Of a DNA stretch of 64,000 nucleotides, positions 14,619 through 27,152 are shown in pieces; within the stretch, counting starts at the first letter, position 1; every line of letters starts with the position of its first letter. The translations under genes and the position numbers were made by a program. The stretch lies in contig NW_003526941.1 of the NCBI RefSeq assembly GCF_000181795.1, forward strand, positions 4,093,637 through 4,157,636. The letters run 5' to 3'. This DNA is from Trichinella spiralis (lineage: Eukaryota). The notes beneath the pieces are model-generated. The model ran no database searches. It was not told the DNA's origin and saw only the letters and a program-made list of their open reading frames with translations.

Positions 14619-15147
14619 NNNNNNNNNNNNNNNNNNNNNNNNNNNNNNNNNNNNNNNNNNNNNNNNNNNNNNNNNNNNNNNNNNNNNNNNNNNNNNNNNN
14701 NNNNNNNNNNNNNNNNNNNNNNNNNNNNNNNNNNNNNNNNNNNNNNNNNNNNNNNNNNNNNNNNNNNNNNNNNNNNNNNNNNNNNNNNNNNNNNNNNNNN
14801 NNNNNNNNNNNNNNNNNNNNNNNNNNNNNNNNNNNNNNNNNNNNNNNNNNNNNNNNNNNNNNNNNNNNNNNNNNNNNNNNNNNNNNNNNNNNNNNNNNNN
14901 NNNNNNNNNNNNNNNNNNNNNNNNNNNNNNNNNNNNNNNNNNNNNNNNNNNNNNNNNNNNNNNNNNNNNNNNNNNNNNNNNNNNNNNNNNNNNNNNNNNN
15001 NNNNNNNNNNNNNNNNNNNNNNNNNNNNNNNNNNNNNNNNNNNNNNNNNNNNNNNNNNNNNNNNNNNNNNNNNNNNNNNNNNNNNNNNNNNNNNNNNNNN
15101 NNNNNNNNNNNNNNNNNNNNNNNNNNNNNNNNNNNNNNNNNNNNNNN
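14619..15147. other. Assembly gap (N run)
   Basis: Run of N. Confidence 1.
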
Positions 15148-15325
15148 GAAGGTAAGTGTAAATGTGGAGGGTAAGTAGTCTACAGGGTGAAGGTAAGTAT
15201 AAAATGTGAAGGTGATTAGTGCATAGGTGAAGGTTAAGTGGTATGAAGGTGAGTATGTAAAGTATATGTAAAGGGTGAAGGTAATTAGTGTTTAGGGTGA
15301 AGGTAAATAGTATAGGTGAAGGTAC
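15148..15325 (+). repeat. GAAGGTAAGT minisatellite, second block
   Basis: Same unit as 14050-14232, degenerating rightwards. Confidence 0.9.
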
Positions 15326-15356
15326 TTGTAAATGTAGAAATTACAAATTTCAAAAA

Positions 15357-15564
15357 GCCTCAGGCGATTTATTTAATGAAATATGCAAATTTTTAATCGC
15401 CTATGGGTAATATGCAAATTTTTATTTGCCCTCAGGCTACGCCTGGGGCTATGCCTCAGGCAAAATTCCGAATTCTTATTTTTTAAAATATAGCCCCTGG
15501 CTTTACCTAATGATCCCCAGGGCAAATAAAAATTTGCATATTCCCGCAGGCTATCCCCGAATCC
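15357..15564. repeat. Motif-dense GC-richer island with a perfect 24-bp inverted repeat
   Basis: AATATGCAAATTTTTATTTGCCCT (15409-15432) and its exact reverse complement (15519-15542). ATGCAAAT occurs three times, and there are several GCCNNNGGC motifs. Confidence 0.85.
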
Positions 15565-15908
15565 NNNNNNNNNNNNNNNNNNNNNNNNNNNNNNNNNNNN
15601 NNNNNNNNNNNNNNNNNNNNNNNNNNNNNNNNNNNNNNNNNNNNNNNNNNNNNNNNNNNNNNNNNNNNNNNNNNNNNNNNNNNNNNNNNNNNNNNNNNNN
15701 NNNNNNNNNNNNNNNNNNNNNNNNNNNNNNNNNNNNNNNNNNNNNNNNNNNNNNNNNNNNNNNNNNNNNNNNNNNNNNNNNNNNNNNNNNNNNNNNNNNN
15801 NNNNNNNNNNNNNNNNNNNNNNNNNNNNNNNNNNNNNNNNNNNNNNNNNNNNNNNNNNNNNNNNNNNNNNNNNNNNNNNNNNNNNNNNNNNNNNNNNNNN
15901 NNNNNNNN
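15565..15908. other. Assembly gap (N run)
   Basis: Run of N. Confidence 1.
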
Positions 15909-16040
15909 CCACTTACCTCTACGCTATCATACTTACCTTTTATCCACTTACCTCTACGCTATCCACTTACTTTGACGCTACTTACCTGCATTACACATAC
16001 CTCTACGCTGTGAAACCGTTACTCCACTTACCTCAACACC
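15909..16040 (-). repeat. ACTTACCT minisatellite (reverse complement of the AGGTAAGT array)
   Basis: CCACTTACCTCTACGCTAT-type units. Confidence 0.8.
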
Positions 16041-16669
16041 ACCTATCTTGCATTTCTATAAATGCAGATCTAAAATTAAAATTCACTTGAATTACCTATA
16101 CAAGGACAAAAATGATTCTGAAATCAAGAACTGAAAATCAGTCGACTGACTTGAAAAATGAAAATAAAAACAAATGATAATGTATGATGTAATGTATGGA
16201 TATACAAGGATAAACACAATGTGTATGTAGAATCTTTGTAGGATATACAAGATACAAATCTGTAAAATATACAATATTAGTCGTAATATACAGTTGGTAT
16301 GAAAAACACTATAAAAAGTAATTGAAGACGAATAACAGTTCACTTCACTGTTTTTTAAGTTTACAAAATTTGAAAAAAAATGGAACTACTTACCTTATTC
16401 GATGGGGCAATCACGATACGGCTCTCATATTCACGCACTTAAACATTAAAGCTTACTTAATTCTTCCTTACCCTATGTGACAAGGACAAACATCGAAACC
16501 ATAGGAAACGCAATTTGAGTGGCATCGGCTGCGACTAAACGGAAGAGCCAGTTTGCCAAGCGACATACTGGTTATATTGATTTAACGTATTTGATTGCTG
16601 TCACAAATTCTTTCATACATTTGTGATAAGCAAAGGCACACTGGGACGGCTAGAAAACGCCATTATTTA

Positions 16670-19600
16670 CAGGTGAACACTGGTTGGCATCAGGACAGGC
16701 CTCATGAGACGACATAATCCACAGCTATTATAAACAAAAACTACTTACTAATTTTTGTCATATTACATTGGAAGCGCACTGACAATACGTTGTAAGGATG
16801 TATATGAACGCTGCTCGACTGACTCAGAGAAATCTGCTACAATTACAATCAATTCCTTCTTACTCTTATGATAAGTGAAACCACACTAGAACAACCGGGA
16901 AGCGTCACTGCACCAACTTCAACTAACTCAGAGCGCTATCAGAAGAAATATCGTATTCCATTAACGTCAATGTAATGCTGTCATGGATAAAATGTATACA
17001 ATGCAATCAGGAGCAAATTCAATACTTACGGATGTTTGTGATGCCACATTTTGAACGAAGTGATGTGAACATGACTTATCACGGTGCTCAGAACAAATAA
17101 AACTCCATAAAAGCTCAGCTGATGACGTAATATGTAATTAAAGATTTTACCAAATTCTACATATATCTAATACGCCCGTCGTCTTGCTGTCTAATTAAAC
17201 AAATTCAATACTTACTGTTTTTTGTCATATGTTTTTTGAACGCTATGTCAGCAACTCCAACAACCACTGTTCAACAACTTCTACCTGTCTTTACTGATAA
17301 TAGATTGCATCTGTGCATTTTCAAAATGTAGCAAGGCAAATGTAATTTTCAATTCGTAAAAGAATTGAATCAAGACCACCCAATCTATGATATCACATAC
17401 ATGATAATTTAATATTAATGCTGCAGTTAGAATGAAAGCAATGTGGCGCTAATGGCACTGCAACTTTCAACCTAAATTTAACAGAAAAATTCAGGTGAAA
17501 AGCAAGGCACATTTATCATGATGCATAGTTACCATATTCAGTTAGTTTTCAGATACTGTTTGTTTCACATTCATTGATATGAATATAAAATAAGGTCAAT
17601 TCTGAAAGTAAATTATATCACACAATAAAAAACAAAGAAGTCCTTCTTCTTCAGCATCTGATGTACCTGAAAGTTAGCAATAACAGCAATAGAAAAGCAA
17701 CCCATCAGTTTCCATTCACCATATAAGAAACATGCATAGCATACCACCACCAAACCAGCAAATCGAACTTACCAGTTATTCATGGATGGTGTTAAATAGC
17801 GGAATTATAGTTGACGAGCTAACAGATTGATAGCATTGCAGTGAACTGAATAACCTAATGTAATCGAAGTTCTCTCATTAGATGTATAATACTAAGTAAA
17901 TTATGCAAATGACTATTTACTTTGCCTCACGAAGAACAACCTAATTTTCCATCAGTAATAGCGCACTAAAATAAACAATATGAGCAACATTATGAAACGA
18001 GACGATGAAATTTATTACGTTTCTATTTACACACTTCATATTACAACGTAATATGGCATTGTTATGCAAATTTTTTCCATAAAATTACCTAAAAGGAAAT
18101 ATTATTAACCTGAAGCATCGCAGATTACTAAAAATAAACGGAAATGTTATCACTGCGTATTTATGCATGTTGTGTAATTTAGTTGCTTGAAAGTACAAGG
18201 TGATTCAATAATTTATATTTTATCAATGCTTTTCTTCTAATCAAAATTATATAGATAATTTTAAATAGCTCCCACTGAAAATAGTTGCGAAAATAAAATA
18301 CTTTTTCAGATTTATGGAAAATTAAACAGATGTCATGAAATTTTGTAATATGCAGTTTATCTCAGCGCAGAAGTTAACAAGTGCGCAGCGTAGACATAAT
18401 GATGGTAAGCGGCTGCTCCAGGGGGTATGCCGCTTGACAGCTCACCTCCACGTTCGTTTGCGCCTTATGATAATTTATAGCAAGACTGCATACTTGGTTG
18501 AGCACTGCATCAGCGCGCTTCATGCAATGTGAAAAAAAACCCTAATCGCAGAAATTCAGTACGTGAGTGATTTGCAATGAATTCAAGAAACTTATGCGGG
18601 TGACAATTCTGTATTGCATTTTATGAAGAGAATAAAACAAAAGAATCACGAGCAGCCTGGAATTGGTTATATTGGTAGTCGATAACAATTATGGAAAATC
18701 AAGTATGGAAAATCAAGTCAGTGCTATTGGCGGTACAATGACATAATAAAAACTTTAAGGAGTCATTTCAAAAATGAAGGGAACGTTACTGCCATTCTGA
18801 AAGTATCAAAGGTTGTAGTATAAAAGTGTGTTCACTAGCTAAAAGCAGCTTTCCTATGTCATGCTGAAACAACCTTGTGCACGATTTGAGCAGTGACAAG
18901 CATTTAGGGGTGCGATTGTGCGACTGCAGTATCCCGGTGACAGACATTTCCTTTAAACAATTGGGCAAGAATGTTACCTTAGCAATAAACATTACAGTGG
19001 GCAGTAAAGATAATGCGGGAGGGGTTCAACTGCTATGTCAGAGTACTACTTTACAAATGGATTTGTATGGACTATTGAAAATTACAGCAAAACATACCAT
19101 TAGTACTATTATATAATGGCTTGGCCGTAATAAAGTCTGGAATATTAATTGAACATCATTACTGAAGAACAATGCGGTAGTTTCCATTTAAAAAGACTAA
19201 AACCAGACAACTACGAAAAGCTTAAAAAGCGCGCATGTTTAGTGCAGTGTGCCAAGAGAAAGAAAAAAAACATTGTATGAAAAATAGCAAATATATGAAA
19301 ATTCATACCTGTCAGAGATGACGTATAAAGCAAACGTAGAGTCATACATTTTGTAACTGATGTTCGTGGTTTCTTCATATTTTTTGTCTAACAATCACAA
19401 CGTAATTGTTGCAGTGAAGCATCGAAATGACCAAATAACGCAATGCAGTAAGTAATTAGATCGCCCTTCAGCAGCGAACATTTATACTATAGTGCAGTTC
19501 TCTCGATAAACAGAAATTTGTATGATGAAAATTGCTTCCGCATTTGAATGGCACAAAGTGCACGTAGCGGAATGCCAACGGCACTGTTTCCATCACATTA

Positions 19601-19955
19601 GCATAAAGTTAGTCTGCTGACCTAGAAATATATGTATTCTTTGAAAACGTATAACAATGTAATGAGCCAACACCAAAGATTATAATAATTGCTGAACAAC
19701 AACAAAATCCTGAATATGTTGCAGATCAAAGCCACTATCTATCACAAATAATATTGTGGCGTAAATTAAAGAAGTATAAAATAGTGTCTTACGTTAATGG
19801 GGCTGCACTGGCACGATAATAATATGTCGCCATATTCAGAAAAATTCATTCATTAATTTAAAGGAACTGATTGTTTAGTGAACATTTCAATCAGACTTTG
19901 ATCAACCACTTTGAAAAGAAGAAAAATGAATGCAAAAAACAGAATGGCAAAACAT
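16670..19955 (-). repeat. Inner right arm: diverged inverted copy of ~9580-13520
   Basis: 17640-18700 mirrors ~11160-12215 and 18715-19955 mirrors ~9580-10830. The ~10830-11160 segment is absent. Similarity decays toward the centre. Confidence 0.85.
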
Positions 19956-20994
19956 ATAATAATACGAATCGTATGCAAATTTAAGGTGGTTCATCAAAAT
20001 GTACATTAATGCTGAGTACAGTACCAAAACAAAATATTGAATTAGCTATAACACGCCTTCACATGTTTGAACTTTATATTTGAAACTCATTGCAAAATGC
20101 TCTCCATCGAAATACATAAGCATAGTGGTTGCATGCGCTGACAAACAAAATTTTTAAATGGAATAGAAAATGAAAATATACTTAGAAAGCTCTCTGTGTG
20201 GAAAACAATATTTTGCTGATTTGTGGAGCAGAAAACACTGAGAGATTAATACTATTCGACCTGTTTTGTCCACAGAAAAATTCATCGTCACGCAGAATAG
20301 CAACTGAAATGTTCGACATATTCTAAAGTTATACCTAGAAGCCTGAGTTCTACAACAAATCGGAATGTCAACATTTTGAAACAGCTCAGCGATAAACAAT
20401 ATATCTATATGGGAAAATTTTGTTTTACAGCTCCTTCAATTTTTGTGTTTACTAAAATCAAAAAGTACGTAACTACTTAAACATACATGCATTATTCATA
20501 GAAAATGCAAGAAAAATGTTTTAATATTAAAGTGTTACCTTGTACAGTTTCTTTCATTTGCACTCTTGTCACGCACCGCAGTAATTAATAGAATATCACC
20601 ACAATGAAATACGGATACAGCATTCGCCTTTCAATAATTGGCGTTATAACCTCCTTATCAGTGATTTTACAGTCATCTTTTTGCATATTTCGTGATTTTA
20701 TTTCAGAAATATACTTAAAGAAATTTTACAGCTTTCCACAGAAGAGTTTAAAAATGCGCAAATCAAATTTGCATATACGCCAATTTACTCAATACTTTTA
20801 GTGCTTCTTGTAGTTGCGCGAAGGAACGGTTCTTCCTTTTCAAATATGATTTTTGCTTCACCCAAAGAAACGTATTCAGTTTCGCCAGCTGCTTTTCATT
20901 ACTACCTACGTGAGTTCCCTTTTACTCCTGCTTGCTGTAACTGCACGCATCACGATCAGGTTCTGAAAGTGCCTATTTCGCTTGCTGATGCTGA

Positions 20995-21745
20995 ATGAAT
21001 CTGAATGGGTGCTGAACGGGATGGGAGCCAGAATCCCAATATGAATGGGTAGTGAAGGTTGTGGCGGTCGTATGTGCCTGTCAAAATGGGTGGAGAAGCA
21101 AGTAACGGGCGGGTGTACCATTATGAATGGATGGGGGAGTTGAGACAAAGCATATATAACACACTTAATAACTGGAGGCGTTGCGGAGGGGTACATCACT
21201 CTGAAAGGCTGTAGGAGATGTGGCGAGCGGGTACACCACTGTGAATGGATACTGGAGGGATTAGGGGGGGCTATATTATTCTGTATGGATAGTGACGTGA
21301 TGAGTGGGTGCATATAGGACTCTGAATGGGTGGAGAAAATAGTGCCGGGTGATTACACTTTGAATCAGAGATGGATGTATTACAGACGTACAAACCACTA
21401 TGATTAAAAGGGGGAAATATGTCGAGCGTGTATACCACAATGAATTGGGAGTGGAGGTGTGCCAGTCGTGTGTACCACACCTGACAGGGCGTATAACACT
21501 CTGAATGTTTTGGAGTGAGTGGCTGGCCGGTAAAGAACTCTTGATAGATGATGGACTGTGCGTGGTCAGAAGTACAACGAAGAATAATCGGTAGAGGGAT
21601 TAACGTTCAGGTTCAGAACTCAGAATAGGTGGGGGAAATGTTGTGGGCGAATACTCCACTCTGATTATGAAATAGAAATGTGGTGAGCATGGAATACAAC
21701 ATTAAATTGGTGTTGGATGGGTGTGGGGCAGGTATACCGCTCCTA
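20995..21745 (+). repeat. Degenerate purine-rich 40-bp tandem repeat
   Basis: A TGAATGG-like core recurs near 21002, 21042, 21124, 21202, 21242, 21282, 21323, 21361, 21401 and 21441. Consensus is roughly TACACCACTCTGAATGGGTGGAG... Confidence 0.75.
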
Positions 21746-21746
21746 T

Positions 21747-24700
21747 ACCTTAGCAATAAACATTACAGTGGGCAGCAAAAATAATGAGGGAGTGGTTCAA
21801 CTGCTATGTCATTACTACTTCACAAATGAATTTGTAAGGACTACTGAAAATTATAGCAAAATATTCCATTATTATTATATATTAGATTTTCCGTAATAAA
21901 GTCTTGAATATTAGTTGAACATCATTAGTGAAGCACAACGCGTTAGTTTCCATTCAAAAAGACTAAAATCAAACAACTACAAAAAGCCTTAAAAGCGCGC
22001 ATGTTTAGTGCAGTGTGTCAAGAGAAAGAAAGAAAACCTTGTATGAAAAAATAGCAAATATATAAAAATTTATACCTGTCAGGGATGACGTATAAAGCAA
22101 ACGTAGTGCCATACACTTTCCAACTAATGTTCATGGTTTCATCATATTTTCAGTCCAACAATCACAACGTATTTGTTGAACTGAAACATGAAAATGATCA
22201 AATAACGCAATGCAATAAGTAATTAGACCGCTCTTCAACAGCGAATATTAATATAATAGTGCTGTTCTCTCGATAAACAGAAATTTATATAAGGAACATT
22301 GCTACCGCATTTGAATAGCACAAAGTGCACGTAGCAGAATGCCAACGGCAGTGTTTACCATGATATTAGCATAAAGTTACTCTGCTGACCTAGAAATGCA
22401 TGTATGCTTTGAAAACGTATAATAGCAATGTAATGAGTCAACACCAAAGATTATAATAATTGCTGAACAACAACAAAATCCTGAGTACGTTACAGATCAA
22501 AGCCACTATCTACCACAAATAATATTATGGCGTAAATTAAAGAAGTATAAAATAGTGTCTTACGTAAATGGGACTGCACTGGCACGATAATAATATGCCG
22601 CAGTATTCAGCAAAATTCATTCATTAATTTAAAGGAACTGAGTGTTTAGTGAACGTTTCAATCAGACTTTGATCAACCACTTTGAAGAGAAGAAAAATGA
22701 ATGCCTAAAACAGAAGAATGGCAAAACATAACATTTACTTAAAACACAAGCATAATGAATTGATAATTTAATACAATGCACATGCTGGGTTGAAGTACTA
22801 AAAATTGTGCATCACGGTTGTCACTTTAATCAGTGTGGAACCGGCAACATTGTGATCTTATATGCAAGGACAAAATACAGAAGCTAATTATTGAAAATAT
22901 ATATATTTTGCCCATTCAATCTTTACATCATGCACTAATGTACATTCATTTACTGATTCCAATGAAAAATATTTTGCAACCGTTTGAGAAAACATCATCA
23001 ATTTTCTAAAAATAGCAAAGGTTATAGCAATTGAAAATTCAGATATCGAAGAAGGATTATTTTTATAGAATTCATTTGACTCAATTAAATTTAATAAACA
23101 TGGTGAGACCTGACGGCACAATTCCTCCCAGTGAATTCGTCATAAAAGTGATGTTGGTGAATTGAATTGTAAGTGCTGATTTCTACCTCCAAGCTTTATA
23201 TTCAATGCCAGTTTACATGAATTACAACATTAACCTGCGGTAGAATATGAGCAACTTGCCGTCTCTACTGACAATTTCATGAAATTGCTTATATTTTGAT
23301 ATTTTATTTTCAGCAATAATTCGTTTATAATATATTTATTTTCCTTTTAAAAATTTAAATAACTTAATACACTGATGCTAAACGTAAACATGATATTTAA
23401 CACAAAATATATTTCGTCTTGATAAAGCATGATCTAGTTATGTCGAGCAATTATAAATTCGATACTTATTTTCAGCAACATCATGATGTCATTGAATTGA
23501 AAAATGTAACTTACAGAAAGAATTGTCTTTTCACCATTTGGAGAAACCTTTTTTGAAGAGTTGTATAACGTGATTTGCCATTTTGAATAAAAATGATGAT
23601 GCTTGTCAGACGTCCTTTGAAAACGTTTTCCATTCTGATGTTGCTGGAAAACATCCGCCTATAAATATTTCAAGTCAACCTCACAAGAAGATTAAGTTCA
23701 TGAATTTTTAAAGAATCGAAGTATACGGAACATGCACCTCGATGAGTTATACATTATGATTAATATTTCGTTTTCTTTTCGTAAATAAACATTTGCATGC
23801 AACTTATGCTAAACATATAGTGCGCTTACTTTGTGTTATAATCAGAAAACAATTTCCGCGACCGTAGATGCAAAATCACACAAACAACGAGAAATGAGAT
23901 AGAACTTTACAATACTAACAATAATATTGCTTCGCACATCTATAAGCCATTGTATTCCCGAAATATAGTTTAAGTGTTAAAGCGAAAGTTTGTTCAAATT
24001 ATTTCATCTCTCTGTGTTAGGCGCGTCTCGTTAACATGCAAATTTTTATGCGTTCGTTGCCTTGCTGTTTGTTTGTTTAGCAGCTATAGCTCTCCACAAG
24101 TGTTAGCTTTTAATGTATGTGAAACTGCTTTTGATATAATTTTTTCAGCAATTCCGTGATCTTCATTGGTAGAGAATAGCATAATTGTTATTATTGTAAT
24201 GTTGTATCAGGCATATTGATTTAGTGAGATTTTAAATTCACAGTCGTGAAAACTTTTCTTTGCTTAACGTAATCAAAAGTAGGCGAGGTAAAATTTGTTT
24301 ACCATAAAATGTACGCAAATTTTTGTTCGCCTACTATGTATACGCTTACTTCGCTTCTGATTCAATGGTTATTGGCTTAGCATAACTAACAGAAATGGTA
24401 ACACAATGCAAATATAATATGAACATGAACTGTAATAATATGAAGAGTATTCAAATTTAAAATGCTGCATAAAAATGCACAGTAATATTGAGTGTAATGT
24501 ATAATAACGGTATCGTTATTCATGAGGTATCGAGAACAGTGTCACTAGGGGTGACAACTTTAAATGTCTTTTGTGGTCAGAGTGTACGATTCGCCCTGAA
24601 TCGACATCCTAAGTGAAAAACAAAAAGGAAGGCACTTTGGTTTCGAGGATGAGAAGCCTAAAATCCAAGTAATGCGGTAGTGGTGGGGAATAAGGGAGGC

Positions 24701-25390
24701 GGAACGGCAGGGTAGTACGGATACGGAACGTATAGTGTAGCCAACGCAACCAAGAACTTTTTGAGAAACAGAAAATTTGCAGAAAAGAGAAAGGCAAATC
24801 TGGACTTTAGGACTTGCCGCGGAAAATCTCTTCTTTAAAAAACAAGGGAAAATGCAAAACAGCTTCCCCAACTCAATTGCGCAGGCAGAACGCAACATCT
24901 CCTATCACCTGGAGACACCGGAAAACACCAAGTTCCCACGCTTCTTGGGTTGGGTGGGGGGGGGAGGAGATACAGCATAGTCTCACCCACCTTTTCTGCG
25001 TCGAAATCATAGGCTTTGCTCCACTTCAGAATCAGAAACCTGTACTCTGCCTGTCTAAATATTACAGGAAGAGCAGTAATTCTTCCTTCGGCATGGGAAG
25101 GAAGTTTGGCGCTCCAAGGTGGGTCTCTTTTTGGTCTCTCAATTCTCCTCCTGCTTTATGTATTTCATGTCCCACTAAGAGCATGTTTGCCGTTTTACAG
25201 AGCTTCATTGGGATGCGCATTCAACAGATATAGAGATGATAGTCACAGATTCATTGCTGCGCGGTGGGAAATACCTCAGTGTGAAATAATAGCCGTGTTT
25301 CATGTTGAAAATGAAATGCTGCGCTTACGGAAATCAACTAGTTTGCACCACTGGGAACTGTGTATTATGGAAAATTTCTGGCCTGTGGAA
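21747..25390 (-). repeat. Outer right arm: inverted copy of ~7430-10570
   Basis: 22130-24560 is almost identical to the reverse complement of ~7740-10190. 25190-25345 mirrors ~7480-7636. 21747-22730 also directly repeats 18975-19955. Confidence 0.9.
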
Positions 25391-26877
25391 AATAACCCGT
25401 TGCGGTGTAATGGACGCAGCGCATGCCAAAAACAAAGTCCTGCTTCCTACAAAACAACCCTGTACGAAGTGATGGCACAAGCTGAAATTGGAACTAACGA
25501 CGATATTATAATACTGCTAGCAAGAATAACGTTTTCAAGTTCAATTTTTATTGATAGATTTTGTTTCATACTTTAAATGAAGAAGGGTTACAATCTGAAC
25601 TGCTTTAATAAAAACATTTGCTTAGAATTATTACTGATATGAATTTATAATATTACTAAAAAAATCTGACTTATCAATTCAAGTTAACAATGTTTCCGAT
25701 TTTAAGAATGAAAATGATTATTTATAACGAAATAATTGATTTTAACGCATTAAAATACAAACGTAGTCGCTGGGAAAAAGGGAAAAATTTATAAACATTA
25801 CCTTCAAGTGGTTTTGTTCAATGGTGTTGATATGATTTTAGTAGAAAATATAAAATGCACATTTTATGGAATGATCAAAATCAGTGAGTTGAAAAGTTCT
25901 ACATTTGAGTAGCAAATGTAAAGCACGTCATCCCATTCGATCGATCACTGAGAATTGAAAATGACCACGCCAACGAAAGTGGCTACGTTTATAATAAATA
26001 ATACTGAATAAGCTGTGTTCAATCTGAAATTGATTGGTTGTAGTCCTGTTGACTGCTGATTGGTTAATTATTCCGTATGTTGCGTGGCTAAAGCTTTGTG
26101 GTTCCGTATTGTAAAGCTCTCTTTATATATAATACGCAAAAAGAAAAATAAACGCCTTCTTCGTGCAAATACAACTGCACTTACTCGTAACTAATCGACA
26201 TTATCAGTTAATTATTTCATATAGGCTCGTGCGAAGAAGCTTCATGCAAATCAAATGTTTGCTCTCCCCCCGGCACTTGTCGTATCATAATTATATTGAA
26301 TAACATGAATGTAATATTTTTACAGTTGGAAATTTGCATTTCGTTCCTACAATTGGTTTGGTGGGAGAAAGCTTTATTGTTAAAGATAATCTATGGGATT
26401 TTTTTCTAATAATAAGCAATCATCAAAGTAATACTTTCGCGAATCATCGCATAAGCAGTATATATATGTATGCATATTTTCTTTGAATCGAATTTTAATA
26501 TTGCATCATTTGCACAGACTTTATCATTGTAATGTTTCAGTTTGTTTTATTTTGTTCAATTTGGTGCTTTAACCAACTGGCTTCGACTGATTATAAAAGT
26601 ATAATTATTTTAAGATAAAATTAGAATTATTAAAATTAAATAAATAAAGCTTCGTAAGAAGAAGTGAAAGCGGAAGTCTTGTTAAATACCTATAATGGGA
26701 GAAAATTTTGAATTAAAGTCGTTTCTTTTATAATTAACCGACAATTTACTTCATTTGAACTAATCAGTCAAAAAGTGCATTTAAATCTTCCATGCTTAAC
26801 CGAAAAGCTAGCTGGCTAGCTAGCTAGCAAGCTGCTAACTGAGTTGATCAAATGGAAAGCTTCAAATGTTTTACGTC

Positions 26878-26911
<34 letters not shown>

Positions 26912-27152
26912 GTTGCTTCTTCTGCTTCTGCTAAAAGAAACAAGTTGCTGCGAATGAATAAAGAGAAAGAGGGGGAAAACAATTTTAGCAAAACATCCCA
27001 ACAGCATACGTTAATTTCGTAAACTTGCTAGAAACCGGCAGAGAAAATATTTCAACTTGGTGCGCAAGTCTGGGTGTGCGTGTGTGTCTTTCTTTGCGTG
27101 CTTTCTTGCTTGCAAGCTAGAGCAAAAGAAAAAACAAATAAATATTACAACG

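Noticed and set aside
14534..16013. Long ORFs in the supplied track
   Set aside because: They are artefacts of translating N runs.
20906..21480. Pro/His-rich minus-strand ORFs
   Set aside because: They are by-products of the purine-rich tandem repeat.
20995..21745. CRISPR-like repeat/spacer reading of the 40-bp array
   Set aside because: The units are degenerate throughout with no invariant repeat, there are no cas genes, and the context is eukaryotic.
25016..25576. 186-aa ORF as a retroelement integrase fragment
   Set aside because: There is only a vague FWP..C..C resemblance, no catalytic motifs, and the duplicate copy is frameshifted.
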